64,000 nucleotides of DNA from positions 24,246 to 88,245 of the IMG/VR virus record IMGVR_UViG_3300014205_000011; one strand, 5' to 3'. The notes below the pieces were generated by a model that worked only from the letters and a program-made list of their open reading frames with translations, ran no database searches and was not told the DNA's origin. This stretch comes from a virus (Duplodnaviria > Caudoviricetes). Position numbers and translations under genes: made by a program. Below are positions 30,559 through 41,347 of this stretch, one piece after another; the stretch's first letter is position 1, and each line of letters begins with the position of its first letter.

Positions 30559-31371
30559 TTAATTCATTTTATGATTCACTATTTCATCATCGCTTGCCTC
30601 ATCTCCCCATGCTGTTACTATAAGGTAACCTCCTTTAACAGCTTGTAATACTACAGGATCAGGTATATGTTTAGCTACTATTTTATAATTTTTTACTTCT
30701 TCGTTATCCTCTAACTTCATATCTCTTATAGGAGCACATATAGAAAACTTTTCTTTTTGTATTTCAAATGTTTCATTACGATCACTATGATTATACATAG
30801 GATTAGATCTATCAGTGTACCTATCATACTCACGTTTATTGATTTCGGTTATATTCTCATAAGAGCCTACAAAGCTACTATAACCATAATAAACTTTTAA
30901 ATATTTGTAATCTTCCGTTTTAAGTTTAAAAGCTTCTATATCAGTAAGATTTTTCTCTGGGACAAATCCTTTATAAGCTGATAGTTTTCCTTGTACTAAA
31001 TTATATTTCTTACATATTCTATTTACAGCTTCTTCATCTATAAACTTATTATTAGGGTAATGTATAGAAAAGTACTCTATTGATCTAGCTTTTTCTTGTG
31101 CTATATCTCTATCATTTTTAGCTTTAACTGCTGTTTGTGCTTCAGCAGTTTGACTAAATCCTAGTTTAGCTAACCTCTCACCTTTATCTATATTTACAAC
31201 ATTACATCTATTTATAGTCTCTTTAGCAGATTTTAGTAACAACTCACCTGCTATATTAAATTCAGAATGAATCTGTTCTATCAACTCTTTAGTATTTATA
31301 ACTTGTTCAGGAACTTCTAAAAGCTCTGCCTCTTCAGTTACAGTTGTATTTTTTTTAAATAATTTAAACAT
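30559..31371 (-). CDS. Conserved phage hypothetical protein
   Basis: 270 aa ending DPVVLQAVKGGYLIVTAWGDEA. Confidence 0.65.
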   Translation of the reverse strand: MFKLFKKNTTVTEEAELLEVPEQVINTKELIEQIHSEFNIAGELLLKSAKETINRCNVVNIDKGERLAKLGFSQTAEAQTAVKAKNDRDIAQEKARSIEYFSIHYPNNKFIDEEAVNRICKKYNLVQGKLSAYKGFVPEKNLTDIEAFKLKTEDYKYLKVYYGYSSFVGSYENITEINKREYDRYTDRSNPMYNHSDRNETFEIQKEKFSICAPIRDMKLEDNEEVKNYKIVAKHIPDPVVLQAVKGGYLIVTAWGDEASDDEIVNHKMN

Positions 31372-31382
31372 ATTAGTAATTA

Positions 31383-32648
31383 TTAAGCTTGTTGTTGTGA
31401 CTCTTGTGATTCTGTATCTGCTTCACCTTTATCTAATTGTGCTGTTTCCATATGAAGAAAACTTGAATTTTTAGCTTTAGTAACATAAGGTATTATACCA
31501 TCTTTTCTAATACAAATACCTTCTTCAGGTGAACCTTTATCTACAGGTAAACAATCAGGGTTAATCTCTGATAATATCTTTTCTTTATATAACTCTATAT
31601 CAAAGCCTTTATGTTTACCTTGCCATAGTTCAGGTACATATTTTAAAGCATTAGTATTGCAAAACTCTTTTACCTGTTCCCAACTTAAATCACAAGCTAT
31701 ACCATGATTATTAACTATAGCTATCCTGTATATGTACAACTCTGAATTACCTTGACTATATCCATAAGAGTAACCTCCTTGAATAGCTTTATCACCTGCA
31801 TATCCCACTATTTCACCATATAGAATATAGTCCTCTGGTATTACATGCTTAATCAGTTCAAGATGTTGAGCCCATACATCAGTTTCATAAAAACTGGGTT
31901 TACCCACAGTATCTTTAATTACTCTTCTACTACCACATACATAATCATATTCATGAGTTTGTACTTTTACTCCTAACCACTTAAGTATTCTTTCTATAAT
32001 AGTTAATTGCCTTTTAAACAATACTTTACCAAATCTAGCTGATGTACCATGTATCTTTTGAGTAATTATTACAGTATCATCATTTTGATATTTGTTTACA
32101 TTTTTATGATAGTTATCAGTTTCAAAGTGTTGTGGAAACACTTTACTTTCTACTAATGATTCAGTAATATTTCTAGCTTTTTGCTCACCTTTTTCCCTAG
32201 GTACTTTGATTACATACTTTTTACATATTTCTATTCCTTCAATTTCATTAAAGCTATCACCTTCTTTAAATAAAGAATTAATATTTTCAGGAGAAGCAGC
32301 AAATATATACATAAGTGAGCTTAATGGCATAAATAAAGCAGAAGAAGTATGACCTCTAAATTTTACAGCTTTTACTCTTCTGTTATCTTCTATGTAACCT
32401 TTTTGAGTTGTATCAATGTTTAGGTTACTGTGTCTGAACAGATTATTCTGTTTGCAATACTCTTCTGATAGCTGTACTTCAGCAGTAAACAATATGCCTA
32501 AGTCACCTATTTGAGTATCTTTGCTTACTATAGCTTGATAACCATATATAGGAAATCCTACTACATTATCACAATTATCAAGTTTAACTATATTGTGTAC
32601 TTTAACTATAGTAGCACAATAATTTTCATTTGTTACTTTTAAATTCAT
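31383..32648 (-). CDS. RNA ligase (Rnl2/DRB0094-like) with an N-terminal OB-like domain
   Basis: Motifs TQKIHGTS, LYGEIVG, EEGICIR, VTKAKN. Confidence 0.85.
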   Translation of the reverse strand: MNLKVTNENYCATIVKVHNIVKLDNCDNVVGFPIYGYQAIVSKDTQIGDLGILFTAEVQLSEEYCKQNNLFRHSNLNIDTTQKGYIEDNRRVKAVKFRGHTSSALFMPLSSLMYIFAASPENINSLFKEGDSFNEIEGIEICKKYVIKVPREKGEQKARNITESLVESKVFPQHFETDNYHKNVNKYQNDDTVIITQKIHGTSARFGKVLFKRQLTIIERILKWLGVKVQTHEYDYVCGSRRVIKDTVGKPSFYETDVWAQHLELIKHVIPEDYILYGEIVGYAGDKAIQGGYSYGYSQGNSELYIYRIAIVNNHGIACDLSWEQVKEFCNTNALKYVPELWQGKHKGFDIELYKEKILSEINPDCLPVDKGSPEEGICIRKDGIIPYVTKAKNSSFLHMETAQLDKGEADTESQESQQQA

Positions 32649-32893
32649 ATCATGTTTTTTAATCTTTCAATTTCGAGTTCATACTTAGCTATTTGAGCAT
32701 TTACTAGTTTATTTCTTTGTGTATAAGCTTCTGCTTTCTTTTTAAATATTTTATTACCTATTTGATGGGTGATAAATGTAGGATAAGCATCTGGGCTAGG
32801 GTGAGCATAATATGTTTGTCCTCCTAGTATAAAAGGATTCATGTTACACTTTACAATTTGAAATTCTTCTGTTATTAAATATACTTCTTCCAT
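32645..32893 (-). CDS. Hypothetical protein
   Basis: 82 aa. Confidence 0.5.
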   Translation of the reverse strand: MEEVYLITEEFQIVKCNMNPFILGGQTYYAHPSPDAYPTFITHQIGNKIFKKKAEAYTQRNKLVNAQIAKYELEIERLKNMI

Positions 32894-33611
32894 TATGCTT
32901 TTTTAAAGTTGGGTAATTGAATATGCTACAATGAGGTATAAGGTATACAAAAGCTGGATCTTTATAATGTTCCTTATAATAATATCCTATTATAGAACTA
33001 GGTAAAAATAAATTTTCAGTAGCCTTTCTTGCTAAATAATCTTTTGTAAGTAACGTAATAATAGATGTATAACCTAACTGTTCATAACATTGAGGATAAT
33101 GTTTACTAAAAGTCATTATATCTCTTTTATACAACTCATTTTTCAAGTCTTCTACTAACATGTTTTTAAATTAGGTTTTATATGTATTCCTAAAACGTTT
33201 GTAGTTATGTAATACTTAGGTATAAATAAAGAACAAGGATAAAATAATTGTGGTTTATCAAAGATAAAAGATATATAACTACCATCAGGTAATTCATCTT
33301 TTATCATAGCTCTTTGTACAAAACTGTTCATTAATTTATTCATTGTTTTTTATATTAGTTTGCGATTCAAGTTCCAGTAACTTTTGTAATACTACATTAT
33401 AATGACTATGTTTTTTAGGTCTAAACCCTAATACAATAATCTTAAATTTGTTTCTACTATTAGAATAATAAATATGATAAAAACAATTTTTAACTTCTGG
33501 AGCTTGTTTTCCTTCGTAATATATAGTTCCATAGAAAGTTGACCAACTATTATATGTACTATATATTAATTTCCAATCATTAGGCAAAAACAATTTTGTT
33601 ATCCAATTCAT
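32844..33611 (-). CDS. LFxP microproteins (32844-33161, 33155-33343) and 33336-33611 with an N-terminal KLFLP
   Basis: ENLFLPSS, CSLFIP, TKLFLP. Confidence 0.62.
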
Positions 33612-33835
33612 TGTACTACTATTTTAATGATTGTTTTATTCTTACCTTCTCCTACAGTTTTATAATAAGTACCTTTATTGTAAGGTATTTCAACTTTAAC
33701 TACACTATTTTTATTTAATGAATCAGATACTTTAAACACTTGCATAGTATCTGTTTCTAAACGGCTTTTATAACTTGTTTGCCCACATAAAGACATAGTT
33801 AGTATTGCTGCTAATATTATTATTAATATTTTCAT
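33608..33835 (-). CDS. Small secreted protein
   Basis: Signal peptide MKILIIILAAILTMSLCG followed by Q. Confidence 0.55.
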   Translation of the reverse strand: MKILIIILAAILTMSLCGQTSYKSRLETDTMQVFKVSDSLNKNSVVKVEIPYNKGTYYKTVGEGKNKTIIKIVVQ

Positions 33836-33990
33836 TGTTTAATTAGTTTAATAGGTAAATAAAGATTAAGTCTATTAGGTATCCATACAAAACGTTTAAA
33901 TATATAATAACGATAAGCTTGTGCACTTAACAAATTTTTTGACATCATTTGCTGAATAATGTCATTCTTAAAGAGAGACTTACTACCCAC
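33832..33990 (-). CDS. LFxP microprotein missed by the ORF track (52 aa, GTG start)
   Basis: Manual translation ...QQMMSKNLL...RLNLYLPIKLIKQ*. Confidence 0.55.
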   Translation of the reverse strand: MGSKSLFKNDIIQQMMSKNLLSAQAYRYYIFKRFVWIPNRLNLYLPIKLIKQ

Positions 33991-34092
33991 TTAACCCTCC
34001 TGTGTGATTGTTATCATCATGTGTAATTATAGCTATAAGTACAACAAGTGTAAATAAAGCTGCTATACTTATTACTGTTATGTAAAAATCTG

Positions 34093-34537
34093 TCATGATA
34101 ATTCTAGTATTAAAGGTTTCTTTTGTAATATAAAAGGATCTTCACTGCATATAATAGCAAATTCTTCTGGTGTAATATTAGTAGTATCTACTACTGGCAC
34201 ATCTACTCTGTTTTTACCAGTTTCTAATGAAATCAGTGTTACTATATTTCCTCTAAGATCAGCTAATATAAATAGCTCATCATTATTTACATCTAAGTAA
34301 ATGTTTCCTGTTTTTATGTTCATGTTATTTTATTGTAAGATCTAAAATTTGTGTACTAAGAATTTTAAATTCGCTTTTAGTATTGGGTATAAAAAGATTT
34401 ATTGTGTTTTGATAACAATAGTGTAAACGTACATCTATAAATTTACTTTTAAAATAAATAGCTAATTCAGGTGTAAGATAAGAAGGATTATAACTAGTAC
34501 GATATATCATCCTATTTATTATATCAAATTTTTCCAT
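34093..34537 (-). CDS. Hypothetical protein (34093-34323) and LFxP microprotein (34325-34537)
   Basis: The second has DIINRMI and INLFIP. Confidence 0.6.
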
Positions 34538-35070
34538 ATCAATACTTTTTTTACAGCTTTACACAAGTCTAATAGAGTTCCACTATTTACAATAATTACA
34601 TCACAAAGTAAATTTAATTGCTCACCTTCATTTTTAACTATACCTATTATAAAATGTTCTTCTTGTTTAATTCTGTCTAACTCTACTGGAAACCTTAAAT
34701 CATCTATTATCCAATTATCATCTTTGGTGTAATTATCAAATAAAGCTTTAACCCATACATCATTGCCAAATATGTTTTTACATTGCTCACAGAACTCTAT
34801 AAACCTGGGTCTTTCCTTTTCTTTATCTCTTCTAGATAAATCATGATAATCTAGTCCAGTTATATCAAAATATATATTTGCTGGAGGCTCACTAAACTTA
34901 ACAATATCCCAAGAAAAAATAGAATTTGCCTTTTTCTCAGTTAGCCAGTTTACTACTATTTCTTCATCATATTCTTCTTCCCATTCTTTTTGATACAAAA
35001 ACCAATGTATTATTTGTGCTACAGTTGACTTACCAACTGAGTTATTGTTTGCTGTTATTGCTATGATCAT
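34519..35070 (-). CDS. Deoxynucleoside monophosphate kinase
   Basis: NSVGKSTVA, GNDVWV, WIIDDLRFPVE, IVNSGTL. Confidence 0.8.
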   Translation of the reverse strand: MIIAITANNNSVGKSTVAQIIHWFLYQKEWEEEYDEEIVVNWLTEKKANSIFSWDIVKFSEPPANIYFDITGLDYHDLSRRDKEKERPRFIEFCEQCKNIFGNDVWVKALFDNYTKDDNWIIDDLRFPVELDRIKQEEHFIIGIVKNEGEQLNLLCDVIIVNSGTLLDLCKAVKKVLIWKNLI

Positions 35071-35212
35071 TTTCTTTTAAGTTTACTTGTAAAATATTTT
35101 TTAAATCCCATACAACTAAGTACAAGCATTTCAACTCTTAGTTTAATTTTTAACCTATACCACCAAGATTCTTTTTCAAGATCATCAAGTATTTTTTGGG
35201 CTATTTTGCTTT

Positions 35213-35485
35213 TCATAAAATTTTTATTTTAAGTTCTAAACTTCTACTATTTTTATCAGTAGAATAATAAATATTAACTGTATCTTTAAAATAAAATATT
35301 GAACTAGGTAAAAACAAATTTGATCTGTTTAAAGTAAGTATATTATTAATAGTAACTTTATAATTATATATACTGTTAGGATTTATATCTAATTCATTAT
35401 AAGTTTCTTTCAGAAAACTTTTTCGAGTTTTATATTGATATAATATTTTTCTTGTTTCAAAAATTTTTTCAATGTCTTTATTCAT
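35213..35485 (-). CDS. LFxP-motif microprotein
   Basis: SNLFLPSSIF. Confidence 0.7.
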   Translation of the reverse strand: MNKDIEKIFETRKILYQYKTRKSFLKETYNELDINPNSIYNYKVTINNILTLNRSNLFLPSSIFYFKDTVNIYYSTDKNSRSLELKIKIL

Positions 35486-36095
35486 AACTTTCTTAAGTTA
35501 ATACATTCTTTTTTTAACAATTTTAAGTATTCTATTTTATCTGTACAACTAAGAGAAAAGTCTCTCATAAGATCATCTAAAGATCCATATTCAAAATAAT
35601 CATTATCAGGATCATATAATAAAGAAGCTATTTCATAACATACAAGATCCATATAATAACTATAAAAATCACCACTATAATTACCTACCATCTTCATAGC
35701 AGGTTTACCTATAGAAATAAACTTAGCGCATAAATAACATTTATGCATTTTCTTAGTTTTAACTTTTTTTTCTATATGAAAATTCATATCTTATAATATT
35801 GTTCTTTAGGTTTGCCATTATTAAACCAGTTAAACATACCCCAATGAGTAGCTTTAATGTTACCATTTATAGCAATAGGTATTATTTTACCACCTTGTTT
35901 AAGAGTACCAAGTATATTAGATAATTGATTTTTATCTAACATTACACCATCTTCTTTAAGTTGTAACATAATTTTTTTAGCATTACAGAAGTAACCTATT
36001 TTCTCTATAGTTTGCCATACTATTTGTTTATTAGTATTAGGCTCTACATTCTTATTTAATTTTACTCTACGTTCTGTTTCCATAATATTTATCAT
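35482..36095 (-). CDS. Cys-motif protein (35482-35787) and winged-HTH-like protein (35784-36095)
   Basis: HKCYLC...DLVC; NAKKIMLQL...QLSNILGTLKQGGKI. Confidence 0.5.
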
Positions 36096-36524
36096 AATTA
36101 TTGTATGAGCATGTCATCCAAGACAAATGTATTTCAATTCTTAATGCTGATGTTGGAATAAATAAATTTTGATTAAAATTTATTGTTTGTTTTGTAAAAA
36201 ATTGCTTATAATGTTCAAGAGATGCTTCTTTACTTAAAGCTAACCAATTCATTAAGCTTTTACTTATATTTTTATCGTATAATTGACTCATTTAAACATT
36301 TTTCTTTTTACGGCTATAGTAGTCCATTCATAACCTTCAGAATCTTTACCTGTTTCATAAAACTCAAATATACTACTAGGTAATAATAAATTTAAGCAAC
36401 ATTGATTTATAACAAAATCAGATTTGTAAACAGCCCATTCCCTTGTATGAATTTCTCTAAAGGCTAATATTTTTTCAAAATCTTTCATAAGTTGTTTAAT
36501 AAAAATACTACCCTGGTTATCCAA
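36067..36524 (-). CDS. Two LFxP microproteins (36067-36291, 36288-36524)
   Basis: QNLFIPTS, LNLLLPSSIF. Confidence 0.65.
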
Positions 36525-36601
36525 TAGTATTTATGATATGGAGCTATCATTAAAAAATAACAATAACAACTTATAACCAGTATTTGTATCCCTACAATTT
36601 G

Positions 36602-36673
36602 CAGGAGCAATAGGACTTGAACCTATACTTTTAGTTTTGGAGACTAAATTTCTACCAATTGAATTATACTCCC
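36602..36673 (-). tRNA. tRNA-Trp(CCA), no encoded CCA end
   Basis: GGGAGTA/TGCTCCT; TTAGT-CT CCA AA-ACTAA; ATAGG-TTCAAGT-CCTAT. Confidence 0.88.
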
Positions 36674-36764
36674 ATATCTCTCTAACCTCACTAACATTAG
36701 AGAGCCTCTTTTAAAATAATACGGCAAGAACTAAGTGAGTATAAGTATCCCTACTTAAATATTG

Positions 36765-37442
36765 TTATGATACACCATCTCCTATAATATCTATGTTACC
36801 AGGTAATACAGGTGTTAAAACTTTGTTAAGTGCTTCTAATGCCTTTTCTAATGAATTAAATATAAATGCTTCATCAGTATCTTCATCACTCCATTTACCA
36901 TCTAAGGTTAAATACTCAGCTAAATCATCAGTTTCTTTTATCACACCCCATTTATTGCTTTCTATAAAATCAAAAGGAATAACAATGTCTGTGTTAAAAA
37001 CTTTATACATTACAGGTACAAGTTGTTCTTTAGTTATCATTTTAGTATATTTATTAGTATTATTAGTATTGAATAGAAACATATACACCATGTAATAGTT
37101 TCTATATTGATTTTTATATTACGTATAATTTGTTTCACTAAATTATTATTTTGATTTTTTTATAGTCTTTTTGACTGTAGACTTCATAAAAGCTTTCATA
37201 GCTTTAAGACTATCTTCTATTACTTTGATTTTATACAAAGCATCTTCATATTTTTCTATAGTACTTAAATCTCCATGCAACTTAACTGTTTCATTACAAT
37301 CACTTATTCTAATTTCATAGTTATAGTCTGTTTCATCTCCTTTATAACCATCATCATATACCATGACACTTATAGTACTAGAATAATCACTTGTAATGGG
37401 GTTTAAAAAGTCTACAGATCTGTAATTGTTTTTATTACTCAT
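36765..37442 (-). CDS. Two hypothetical proteins (36765-37091, 37146-37442)
   Basis: ORF track; A-rich upstream regions. Confidence 0.55.
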
Positions 37443-37462
37443 TGTTTTATTAAATTAATTTG

Positions 37463-37567
37463 TAGAGACTTCTAGACTCGAACTAGAAAGATAAATAATG
37501 AAAAAATAAAACCTTCAAAAACTCATCATTTTACCACCAATTCATGAATTACTTCACTTTAGTCTCT
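37463..37567 (-). ncRNA. tRNA-like element with acceptor stem and T-arm only
   Basis: AGAGACT/AGTCTCT; TCTAG-TTCGAGT-CTAGA; 73-nt non-canonical middle. Confidence 0.55.
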
Positions 37568-37605
37568 ATCTAACCCTCTCTTTCACTAAAGGTTACATGA
37601 AAAAC

Positions 37606-38159
37606 CTATGCTACAGATTTCTCTTTAGCTATATCATGTTGCTCAGAGAGGGCAGTTTTTTTATTCTTTAAAAATGTTTTAAGTTCTTGTTCAACATCAA
37701 GTTTTCTAATGTCTTCCATAACTTCTAATACGTTATTCATGACAGTATTAAGCTTTTTAATTTTAGTACTACAATCTTTTTGTTGTTTACTGTAGTTCTT
37801 TTCTCTGCCTTGTAAGCTACGATAAATTTTAATTAGCTCTTCAGAGCTCATATCTTTTAGTAATTTTGTGTGTTTTACTTTATTAACATAATAAACATAT
37901 TCAAAATGTTCAGGATTAGTTACAGCAGGTTCTCTTTGTTGTGTGGTCATGATTTTAGTTTTTAATGAATGAGTTCTAATTCAGCTTCTAAAGCAGCCTC
38001 TTTAACAAGTAAATTATTCAGTAAAATCTTGTATGAAGATTCATCTTTATGCTGTATTTTAAATAATTCTATACATCTATATACACTAGGTATTTGATCT
38101 TCTCTTGTAATAGAGCTTATAGAACTATAAAGTTTATTAAATGTATCTGTCTTATTCAT
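37606..38159 (-). CDS. Two hypothetical proteins (37606-37950, 37962-38159)
   Basis: ORF track. Confidence 0.55.
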
Positions 38160-38177
38160 TGTTATATATTAAAGAAT

Positions 38178-38202
38178 AAAAAAAGGGGAGATATACTCCC
38201 CT
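38178..38202 (-). terminator. Intrinsic terminator
   Basis: AGGGGAG/CTCCCCT stem followed by a T run. Confidence 0.75.
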
Positions 38203-38207
38203 ATATA

Positions 38208-38735
38208 TTAGAATGTTTCATCTTCTGTAACAGGTTCTGCTACTACAGCAGGTTCTCTTACAGTCGCAGTTTGAGTCATGCCTTTAAGTGTTTTACCACT
38301 TTGTTTAAGCACTGCTAGTGCTGCATTCTCACTGGCCATTTCACTAGGCAACAAAAATGTTTTGTACCCAGTTACATAATTACCTACTTCTCCAGTAGTT
38401 TCATGAAGTTCTTTACCATTATCAGATTTGATAAAGTAAGGTTCTGTTTCAAAGTTTACAATAGCACCAGGCATTTGTACACCTTTAACTACATCTGCTG
38501 GATTAATTTTCCATTCAGGTTCATTGTTAGAGTTATAACTTTGAAATACAGTACGTTTTTGAATAGCTTTGTCATCCATAATATTAACAATATCCCTTAC
38601 AGATACTGTAAAATACTCACGAGAAGGTTTTCCATCTTTACGTGTAGTTTCAGTTTTAATTTCTGAAACATTGGTTACTACTAAGGTTTGAGTTTGAAGA
38701 TTTTTAATGTCTTCTGTGCTTGTGATTTTTTGCAT
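38208..38735 (-). CDS. Early beta-rich protein, possible second SSB
   Basis: OB-like pattern; acidic tail ending EDETF; followed by a terminator. Confidence 0.5.
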   Translation of the reverse strand: MQKITSTEDIKNLQTQTLVVTNVSEIKTETTRKDGKPSREYFTVSVRDIVNIMDDKAIQKRTVFQSYNSNNEPEWKINPADVVKGVQMPGAIVNFETEPYFIKSDNGKELHETTGEVGNYVTGYKTFLLPSEMASENAALAVLKQSGKTLKGMTQTATVREPAVVAEPVTEDETF

Positions 38736-38871
38736 GATTTTGTTTGTTAAATTTGTTAAACTTGTTTAAAATAAAAAAGTCAAGATAGAAGCCAAAATTC
38801 CCATAAAAGCTTCTACCTCAACTCAATGAGACTCTATATTATGACTTTAGTATATTAGGGAAATTTAAATA

Positions 38872-39228
38872 CTAGATAGTAGATTCAATGTTGATACCTA
38901 CTACTTCAGCAATGTTATAAAGACGTTTTTTAGCGGCTTCACATGCTTCTACAGTTTCTGCACTTTGTTCTACATCTTGATGAGCAGTAATTATACTTGT
39001 CAAATTCACATTACTTGTATAATACGAGTTTTCAAGTTTTTCTTGCCTAGCTTCTAGCTCATTTTGAGCAGCTTCTAATTGTGATTGTGCATTAAGAAAT
39101 GAACTCCTCAATTGTTTTGCAAGATTTTTTTGTGCTGTTTCAGCAGCTTTGCTAAGATCTCTTGCATCATCTTTTTTGTTTAGAGCGATAAATTGCTCTA
39201 CGTAGTTGTTTTTGGTGTCTTTTGCCAT
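38872..39228 (-). CDS. Coiled-coil early protein
   Basis: 118 aa, Ala/Gln/Glu-rich. Confidence 0.6.
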   Translation of the reverse strand: MAKDTKNNYVEQFIALNKKDDARDLSKAAETAQKNLAKQLRSSFLNAQSQLEAAQNELEARQEKLENSYYTSNVNLTSIITAHQDVEQSAETVEACEAAKKRLYNIAEVVGINIESTI

Positions 39229-39272
39229 TTTTTTTAATTAATTAAATTGTACACGTATACTTTTTTGGAATT

Positions 39273-40184
39273 TTAGTCAATAAAACTAGTTAATAAACTA
39301 GTTACATTTGTTTTAGGTTTAAATTTCATCATAGATACTACATCTACAACTTTTTCTTGTGATTCAGTAGCAGATGTTACAGTACCAATATTTGTCATCC
39401 AATCATAAGATTTACTATCATACTTATCTACAAACTCTTGTTGAGTCATAAATGTCCAAGTACCATCATTATAAGTACTATTTTTAGCACAAAATCCTTT
39501 AATACTGCAATAACCCCAATAATTACCATCTATAACACATTCTACATAACTTAATTTTGTAGAAGTAACTTTTGGAAATGCTTTTTTAATAACACTATTT
39601 ACAAGTGCACAATTTGTTACATCTGTAATTACTATTTTATTAGGATCTGATATAGGTTTATTTTGATATAACTCTAAAAACTTTGATTCTGTTAGGAATG
39701 TGTAATCATTATACGTATTACTATCTCTATAACCTGATTCATCACCAAAAAAAACTTCTGTATTTGAAAATACAACTCTCATTGCGTTATTATAAGCTGT
39801 TTTGTTTTTACCAGATATTTCACTAGCTATTTTATTAAACAGTGCTATTTGAGTAATACCTGTTACAATTACTTTATCAGGCATTGTATTTGGTTTAACA
39901 GTAGAAACAGTTTGATCCATATACTCAGTTTTAAATTGTTCAAATGATATTACTGGCCAAGTGTGACATTCATTATAAAACCCAGTTATGTGTGTAGCTG
40001 TTTCAACATTTCTATTTCCATATATAGGCTTATTAATTGAAATTCTTATATACTTAGAAAGTGGACCAAAATTAGGTTTAATTGTATGTACAAATTCTTT
40101 AAGTGTTGTTAAATACTTCCACACAATCTCAAATTCAAGTTTAGAAATAAGTTCTACTATAATTTTATCAGGTATTTTTTTCAT
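39273..40184 (-). CDS. Protein of three tandem ~85-aa repeats
   Basis: PDKIIV/PDKVIV/PNKIVI starts; SFEQF/TESKF/TQQEF ends. Confidence 0.65.
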   Translation of the reverse strand: MKKIPDKIIVELISKLEFEIVWKYLTTLKEFVHTIKPNFGPLSKYIRISINKPIYGNRNVETATHITGFYNECHTWPVISFEQFKTEYMDQTVSTVKPNTMPDKVIVTGITQIALFNKIASEISGKNKTAYNNAMRVVFSNTEVFFGDESGYRDSNTYNDYTFLTESKFLELYQNKPISDPNKIVITDVTNCALVNSVIKKAFPKVTSTKLSYVECVIDGNYWGYCSIKGFCAKNSTYNDGTWTFMTQQEFVDKYDSKSYDWMTNIGTVTSATESQEKVVDVVSMMKFKPKTNVTSLLTSFID

Positions 40185-40202
40185 ATATTAATTATTTAAT
40201 AC

Positions 40203-40520
40203 TTAATCCTCCATTTTTAAATCTTTGTCAAAGAATTCTTTATAAAGTTCTTTAACCATTGTAGCAGTTACTTCAGCATCTTTAATGATTTGCTTTTGTT
40301 TTAATATTTCATTGATGTTAAGGTTCTTTACATCAGCACATAGTTCATTAACTTTAGTTTCAGCATCTATTTTTTGTTCTGCTGCTGAATCATAAGCTGC
40401 TTGTACTTTACGTTTAGCTGCTTTCATTACAAAAGGCAGTTTCATTAAATCTACAGCTTCTTTGCTAGCTTTGTACATTCTTTCAAAGAACGTTTCTGTT
40501 GTGTTTGTTGTTTCACTCAT
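40203..40520 (-). CDS. Coiled-coil early protein
   Basis: 105 aa. Confidence 0.6.
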   Translation of the reverse strand: MSETTNTTETFFERMYKASKEAVDLMKLPFVMKAAKRKVQAAYDSAAEQKIDAETKVNELCADVKNLNINEILKQKQIIKDAEVTATMVKELYKEFFDKDLKMED

Positions 40521-41228
40521 ATTTTAATTGTATTAAATTGTTTGTTTTTATTAAATCTATTTTAGGATGTTTAAGCTTTGTTTCATTAGCTGTACTTATA
40601 ACAGAAGCTGTACTTTTTATTATATCTGTTAATGTACCTGTACCAACTCCTACACCTAACCGTTGTGAATTAAGCGGTGTAAAACTTTTTATTGCATAAT
40701 CATAATCATAATTCTGAGAGTTAAAAGGATTAGGAGCATTTATAAATTTACGTGAAAACTCTTTATAATCATATGTAGTATAGTTAATAAACTGTTTATG
40801 TTCATAGTCTAAACAGCCAATATTTCTATCATGAATATATACATAAAGTGGCATTTTATGATTGCGAAAATTCATGCTTTTATAATAATTATAGTTATTA
40901 TAGTTGCTTAAATATCGTAAAACACTATCCAACTCATAATGTGAAACTACTTTTACTACAAATTTATCTCTAATGTAATCCATCATCGTTTTGTTAAATT
41001 ATGTTCACCATATACTTTACATTGTATAGGTAAACTAGTTGGTGAATGAGGTTCTAATCTTTTATTTAGCACATTTGTACAAGTACTTGCTTTTTCTATT
41101 TCCCATAATAACCCTATACAAATAGGTTTAAGTTTTCTAACAGTATGAATATGTTCATTTAAAAACTTAATATCTACTGTTATGTAACTTTTTGTATTAG
41201 GTTGATATATTAATGCGTATTTTTTCAT
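40513..41228 (-). CDS. Single-repeat relative of the 39273 protein (40513-40986) and a hypothetical protein (40983-41228)
   Basis: DKFVVKV...YDYKEF. Confidence 0.5.
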
Positions 41229-41347
41229 GGTTTATATTAGTTTAAGGTTTATTTAAAAACTAGTCCTATTTCCCAACCAGACTAGTTCTATTATGTCAAA
41301 CTTATTGGCAACTAACCAACAGTATTTTTATTAAACCTATTGAAAGT

